A DNA stretch of 8,143 nucleotides from positions 1-8,143 of the forward strand of contig JBHLPL010000087.1 in assembly GCA_048939465.1 (NCBI GenBank), read 5' to 3'. Source of the DNA: Promethearchaeota archaeon (GTDB lineage: Archaea; Asgardarchaeota; Odinarchaeia; Odinarchaeales; JBHLKK01). Each line of letters begins with the position of its first letter. The first letter of the stretch is position 1. Positions 5,450 through 8,143 of the stretch are shown here, piece after piece. The position numbers and the translations under genes were made by a program. The notes beneath the pieces are model-generated. The model searched no databases. It was given only the letters and a program-made list of their open reading frames with translations, and had not been told where the DNA came from.

Positions 5450-6505
5450 ATGGCGATTGAAGGATTAAGTCGAAAAATAAGAACATGGAGATTTTTGATA
5501 GGAACAGGGCGCAAGCTCTCAAAGGAGAATGTTGGTAGTAAACTGACCATACCGGAATTCTATAGGGGGGTTAGGAAATCAGGATTCTGGGAGTATCTAG
5601 GCGAATCCAACCCAAAAACCGTCGAAGAGGTAATTGAGAGGTTCGGAATCCAACGGAAAGACTACTTGCGCAGGGTTTTTGATCTTCTAGTAGATAAGCA
5701 AGTGTTGACACCGATGCTCAACGATAAGGGAGAGAGAGCCTATTGTGTGAACAAGAAAGGACTCAAAAAATGGCTAAAGCTATCTGCGACTTATGAGAAA
5801 TCCTTTGCTCCATTCTTCGAATCATCAGAAGAGCACGAATTAATGATGCGATATTTACAGGGAAAAAAAACAGCGTTTGCCTCCCGCGATGAAATGATAA
5901 AGTGGTATAAAACTCTGAGTGAGGAGTTCCACGAAACTGGAAGGGAGCTACTTATGACTTTTGGAGGCAGTGAATCTTTCAGAGGCAAGCACATTCTTGA
6001 CCTCGGATGCGGTTTTGGTGACGAGATCCAGCAGCTCTATGAAAGATTCGATGGAGACTGTAAGATTACGGGAATAGATTTTGATAGCTCACTGGTCGAA
6101 ATTGCCAAGAGAAGGGAAGTCTACGATCAGAATGGAAAAATCAAGCGATTAGGTGATCTTCAGAACGTCAGAATAATAGCTGTGGATATAGGAAAACCGT
6201 TTCCACTTGATGACGAATCCGTGGATACGGTCTTCTGTTTCGCCCAGTTGTATTGGCCAAAACCTGAACAACAGAAGCTGGAGGTACAAGAATCTTGTCG
6301 AGTGCTCAGAGCCGGTGGAAAGCTACTTGTCGCAGGAGTATTTGATCCAGACCATCCCTTGGTTCTCTGGGTCCAACCACACGGAGGATACGGATATGTC
6401 TCAAGAAAGAGCTTCACACAATGGTGCAAAGATGGTGGATTGGAAAAGCAATCGTTTGGTGTCCTCGGTGGCTTATTCGTTGGTGAGAAGACGCCAATGA
6501 ACTGA
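5450..6505 (+). CDS. Class I SAM-dependent methyltransferase with N-terminal winged-helix-like domain
   Basis: Motif I ILDLGCGFG (5993-6019), acidic post-I ITGIDFD, PFPLDDESVDTVFC and CRVLRAGGKLLV. The N-terminal TVEEVIERFGI..DYLRRVFDLLVDKQVL pattern is wHTH-like. Confidence 0.9.
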   Translation: MAIEGLSRKIRTWRFLIGTGRKLSKENVGSKLTIPEFYRGVRKSGFWEYLGESNPKTVEEVIERFGIQRKDYLRRVFDLLVDKQVLTPMLNDKGERAYCVNKKGLKKWLKLSATYEKSFAPFFESSEEHELMMRYLQGKKTAFASRDEMIKWYKTLSEEFHETGRELLMTFGGSESFRGKHILDLGCGFGDEIQQLYERFDGDCKITGIDFDSSLVEIAKRREVYDQNGKIKRLGDLQNVRIIAVDIGKPFPLDDESVDTVFCFAQLYWPKPEQQKLEVQESCRVLRAGGKLLVAGVFDPDHPLVLWVQPHGGYGYVSRKSFTQWCKDGGLEKQSFGVLGGLFVGEKTPMN

Positions 6506-6531
6506 GGAAATGAATCTTCCTTAACCTATCC

Positions 6532-7155
6532 CTAAATTGTCAGACCGCCCAGCCTGAGCTCCTCGAATAGCTGTTGCGCGAATGATCTTACTAGCTTTGA
6601 TCTTTCTGCTGAGATCTTTCTGCCCGCAGCCGTCTTAAAATCGCTTAAGAGCTCGCATCGCCACTTTATCTTGGCGATAATATGATCCCATCCTGCTCCC
6701 TTTACTATGGCACTAAGTGCTGTCCTGAGAAGTCCAACTGCCCCTACCATATCTAGTCCATCTGCATCATATATGACCTTGGCCTCTAGAGATTTAGGTG
6801 TTTTCAGGCTGGAGATTCTACTGTGAGACTCGATGCATTCGATAACTTGTTCAATCATTTTCTCATCCGTGCCAAACTCGCTGAGAACACTGCGAGCGAT
6901 TTCTGAACCAATAATCGTGTGTGATCGCCCTTCTTTCATTTCGGCTCTTTTTCCTATGTCATGAAGAAGTGCTGATAATCTGACGATGTTTTCGTTGGCC
7001 CCTTCCTTTCTAGCAATCCGTATTGCATACGCTTCCACTCTTCTTGCATGCCAGTAATCGTGATGAAGATCCTCTGCCAAATTAGCTCGAACATATTCGT
7101 CAACTTTTTTGATGATGCTTTCAATATCACTTCTTGGTGCCCCGCTCAATATCAC
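6532..7155 (-). CDS. HD-superfamily metal-dependent phosphohydrolase
   Basis: HDYWHARRV, ALLHDIGK, SHTIIGS, IESHS and YDADGLD give the H...HD...H...H...D pattern. Start is GTG 7155 or TTG 7149 after GGGGTGA. Confidence 0.92.
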   Translation of the reverse strand: MILSGAPRSDIESIIKKVDEYVRANLAEDLHHDYWHARRVEAYAIRIARKEGANENIVRLSALLHDIGKRAEMKEGRSHTIIGSEIARSVLSEFGTDEKMIEQVIECIESHSRISSLKTPKSLEAKVIYDADGLDMVGAVGLLRTALSAIVKGAGWDHIIAKIKWRCELLSDFKTAAGRKISAERSKLVRSFAQQLFEELRLGGLTI

Positions 7156-8143
7156 TCACCCCAGATCTTATCAAATATGTTCCAAGAACTCTCTTTGAGC
7201 CAGCCGGTATACTAAACTCTGAGACCATGACGGTCCTATTAGCGAAAATATCAATCAAATTGAAGGAATTGCCATATGGATCTTGATACTGTTTCCTGCA
7301 CAGTGTTCCAGAATTGATAACCAAGCAACCGTCTACCATTAGACAAGAAGAAATACTTCTGTCCCCGGTTAGAACGATGTCTGCATTTCCTATCATGTTC
7401 CTCAAAACATCAGCTGTATCCTCAAGGACTTCTTCTTCCCTAACGTAAGGTAGCGGCATTAAATGATGGTGAAACGCAACGAGTTTGACAGTCTTTTTAC
7501 CTGCTTTGTTTAGCTTTCCAAGAATTCTCTCAAGATTCTTGCGGCCGATCACACCTCCCGTATAATCCCTTTGAGAACTGTTGACTCCAACAATTATGAT
7601 ATTCTCATTTTGGAAAAGCGGGTTTAGTCCTCCCACATAATCCTCAAAAACTAGGTCTCCGATATTCATAAGATCGTGAGGACCTGGTACGGCGATTAAT
7701 GGTGTCTTGACCTTCTTTAAGAGCTTCTCAGCTTCCTCAAATGTCTCATGCATTCCATCTTCGGTAATATTACCACAGTGAGCTACAACATCTGGCTTTA
7801 ATCTATTAATGATTGTGGTAGCAACATCATACACTCTCCGGTCAAACAAACCGTCACCCATAAAATATGTATCGGATATCTGTATTACTCTGGCGATTCT
7901 AGGCAATTTCACTTGAACGAGTCTTTCTACTCGTCTTGCTTTCTTTATATACTCTTCTTTGTGGTCGATATCTAATCGCCTTACTATGACTCGAACCCCC
8001 TTGTCAGAGACTTTTATCAAATTGTAACTCCTTCCGTGATATCCCCTTGTTTTGAAGTGAGACAATGTTCCAGTGCTTATTATAAGTGCATCCTCCACTC
8101 CATGAATACTATAAACATGACGATGCCCATTAAGAACAATATC
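7127..8143 (-). CDS. Tandem (two-domain) Icc/CpdA-like metallophosphoesterase; 5'-truncated; C-terminal domain degenerate
   Basis: Frame is open from the window end: DIVLNGHRH (intact GHxH, 8128-8117) closes domain 1. Domain 2 has QISDTY, HCGNIT, VPGPHD, FHHHL and VLTGDRS at the five calcineurin-like motif positions. The track start at 8098 is internal. Confidence 0.85.
   Translation of the reverse strand, partial: DIVLNGHRHVYSIHGVEDALIISTGTLSHFKTRGYHGRSYNLIKVSDKGVRVIVRRLDIDHKEEYIKKARRVERLVQVKLPRIARVIQISDTYFMGDGLFDRRVYDVATTIINRLKPDVVAHCGNITEDGMHETFEEAEKLLKKVKTPLIAVPGPHDLMNIGDLVFEDYVGGLNPLFQNENIIIVGVNSSQRDYTGGVIGRKNLERILGKLNKAGKKTVKLVAFHHHLMPLPYVREEEVLEDTADVLRNMIGNADIVLTGDRSISSCLMVDGCLVINSGTLCRKQYQDPYGNSFNLIDIFANRTVMVSEFSIPAGSKRVLGTYLIRSGVSDIERGTKK

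Noticed and set aside
5638-5652. GGTTCGGAATCC resembling a tRNA T-loop
   Set aside because: Lies within the methyltransferase CDS (RFGI) with no cloverleaf.
891-6505. Analogy to LCMT1 methylating PP2A, or ICMT methylating Ras/Rab
   Set aside because: The phosphatase ends in VTKK rather than a C-terminal Leu, and the GTPase has no C-terminal Cys; neither eukaryotic acceptor site exists.
1-8143. CRISPR array, rRNA, IS element or integrase
   Set aside because: No regularly spaced repeats, rRNA-like tracts or recombinase/transposase motifs seen.

Overview
Gene-dense archaeal-looking window with TATA/BRE-like boxes and GAGG/GGTGA Shine-Dalgarno motifs. The roadblock plus Rab-like GTPase pair suggests an Asgard archaeon, but this is inference. 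Left to right: 3' part of an acetate/succinate transporter (SatP/GPR1-FUN34-YaaH, +); a small YgiT-type zinc-finger gene (-); a PP1-like PPP Ser/Thr phosphatase (-); endonuclease IV (nfo, -); and a 153-aa orphan (-). Divergent from the orphan is a tightly coupled 4-gene + strand operon: roadblock/LC7 protein, Rab/Ras-like small GTPase, a 320-aa unknown (CxxC/His Zn-binding module, Ser/Pro linker, possible longin-like domain) and a wHTH-class I SAM methyltransferase. Converging on it are an HD phosphohydrolase and a 5'-truncated tandem metallophosphoesterase whose C-terminal copy has lost most metal ligands. The best candidate for an undescribed system is the roadblock-GTPase-Zn/longin-like-methyltransferase operon, possibly a small-GTPase switch with a methylation output. 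No rRNA, tRNA, CRISPR array or mobile element could be supported. All family calls are from motif recognition by eye; no searches were run.
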